From IMG/VR virus record IMGVR_UViG_3300029374_000071, positions 1-5,955 of that record: DNA of 5,955 bases. The stretch is one strand, 5' to 3'. Position numbers and translations under genes: made by a program. The DNA is from a virus. Under the pieces are notes generated by a model. That model was given only the letters and a program-made list of their open reading frames with translations. It searched no databases and was not told the origin of the DNA. Each line of letters opens with the position of its first letter. Position 1 is the first letter of the stretch. Below, one piece after another: positions 5,774 to 5,955 of the stretch.

Positions 5774-5806
5774 TTGGCGCAAGTTCACTTGTCTATCTTG
5801 CGCCAA
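5774..5806. promoter_or_regulatory. Perfect 10-bp inverted repeat TTGGCGCAAG-N13-CTTGCGCCAA, ending 4 nt upstream of the Rep ATG.
   Basis: Arms at 5774-5783 and 5797-5806 are exact reverse complements. On the mRNA strand the 3' arm is followed by ACCT-ATG. No Shine-Dalgarno lies between the repeat and the start codon. Confidence 0.6.
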
Positions 5807-5838
5807 TTGACACCTCTCTTTCGTTTTTAATTTAAATT

Positions 5839-5872
5839 GCGTGCGCGTGCGCGTTTCGCGCGTGCGCGCGCA
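5839..5872. repeat. Two alternating purine-pyrimidine (Z-DNA-prone) tracts, GCGTGCGCGTGCGCG and CGCGCGTGCGCGCGCA, separated by TTT. The second tract is duplicated at window positions 5-20.
   Basis: Read directly from the sequence. The 10-bp perfect palindrome TGCGCGCGCA is at 11-20 and 5863-5872. Confidence 0.7.
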
Positions 5873-5955
5873 ATACCTTAGCATCAATCGATGCGACAGC
5901 CCCCGCGTTAGGGGGCGACGTCGCAAGGGGGCCGTTAACGGTAGTTAACGGCCCC
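5853..5955. repeat. Right copy of the 103-nt terminal redundancy. Its hairpin and Z-prone elements duplicate those at 1-103.
   Basis: Exact identity to 1-103. Confidence 0.85.

Noticed and set aside
5807-5812. TTGACA hexamer on the plus strand near the Rep start.
   Set aside because: It is on the wrong strand for Rep, with no matching -10 at proper spacing. I could not assign a convincing Rep promoter in the NCR from sequence alone.
601-5830. All plus-strand ORFs in the track (601-792, 1510-1698, 1592-2089, 1845-2357, 2158-2352, 2367-2624, 2930-3121, 2964-3398, 3401-3598, 3616-3831, 3698-3901, 3771-4043, 4292-4540, 4593-4949, 4709-4954, 4967-5347, 5558-5830).
   Set aside because: Every one lies antisense to a minus-strand gene with clear homology or RBS support. 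They have no RBS, are Cys/Leu/Phe-rich in the way typical of antisense frames, and microviruses transcribe only one strand.

Overview
The window is a complete, circularly permuted Microviridae (gokushovirus-like) ssDNA phage genome of about 5,852 nt. Positions 1-103 recur exactly at 5853-5955, so the window runs once around a circle and overlaps itself by 103 nt. Every convincing gene is on the minus strand, which makes this window the reverse complement of the presumed virion/mRNA strand. In coding direction the order is: replication initiator (VP4/gpA-like, 331 aa), a 60-aa ORF, a Peptidase_M15-like endolysin, a 36-aa ORF, an 84-aa ORF, a 136-aa highly charged protein (scaffold-like), the major capsid protein VP1 (549 aa) and the DNA-pilot/minor capsid protein VP2 (289 aa). 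A non-coding region of about 490 nt lies between the VP2 stop and the Rep start across the circular junction. It holds eight TGTTGAAA iterons bounded by identical 18-mers, a (TAG)5 microsatellite, a polypyrimidine tract, three tandem GC-rich hairpins including a perfect 13-bp stem, and two alternating CG/CA tracts. Other cis elements are a terminator-like hairpin between VP1 and VP2 that splits the VP2 Shine-Dalgarno from its ATG, and three phased CTTGAAAAAAA repeats feeding a near-consensus sigma70-type promoter upstream of the 60-aa ORF. There is also a dyad-rich GC block just downstream of Rep and a perfect 10-bp inverted repeat abutting the Rep start codon. All plus-strand ORFs in the track are antisense shadows of these genes and are not called.
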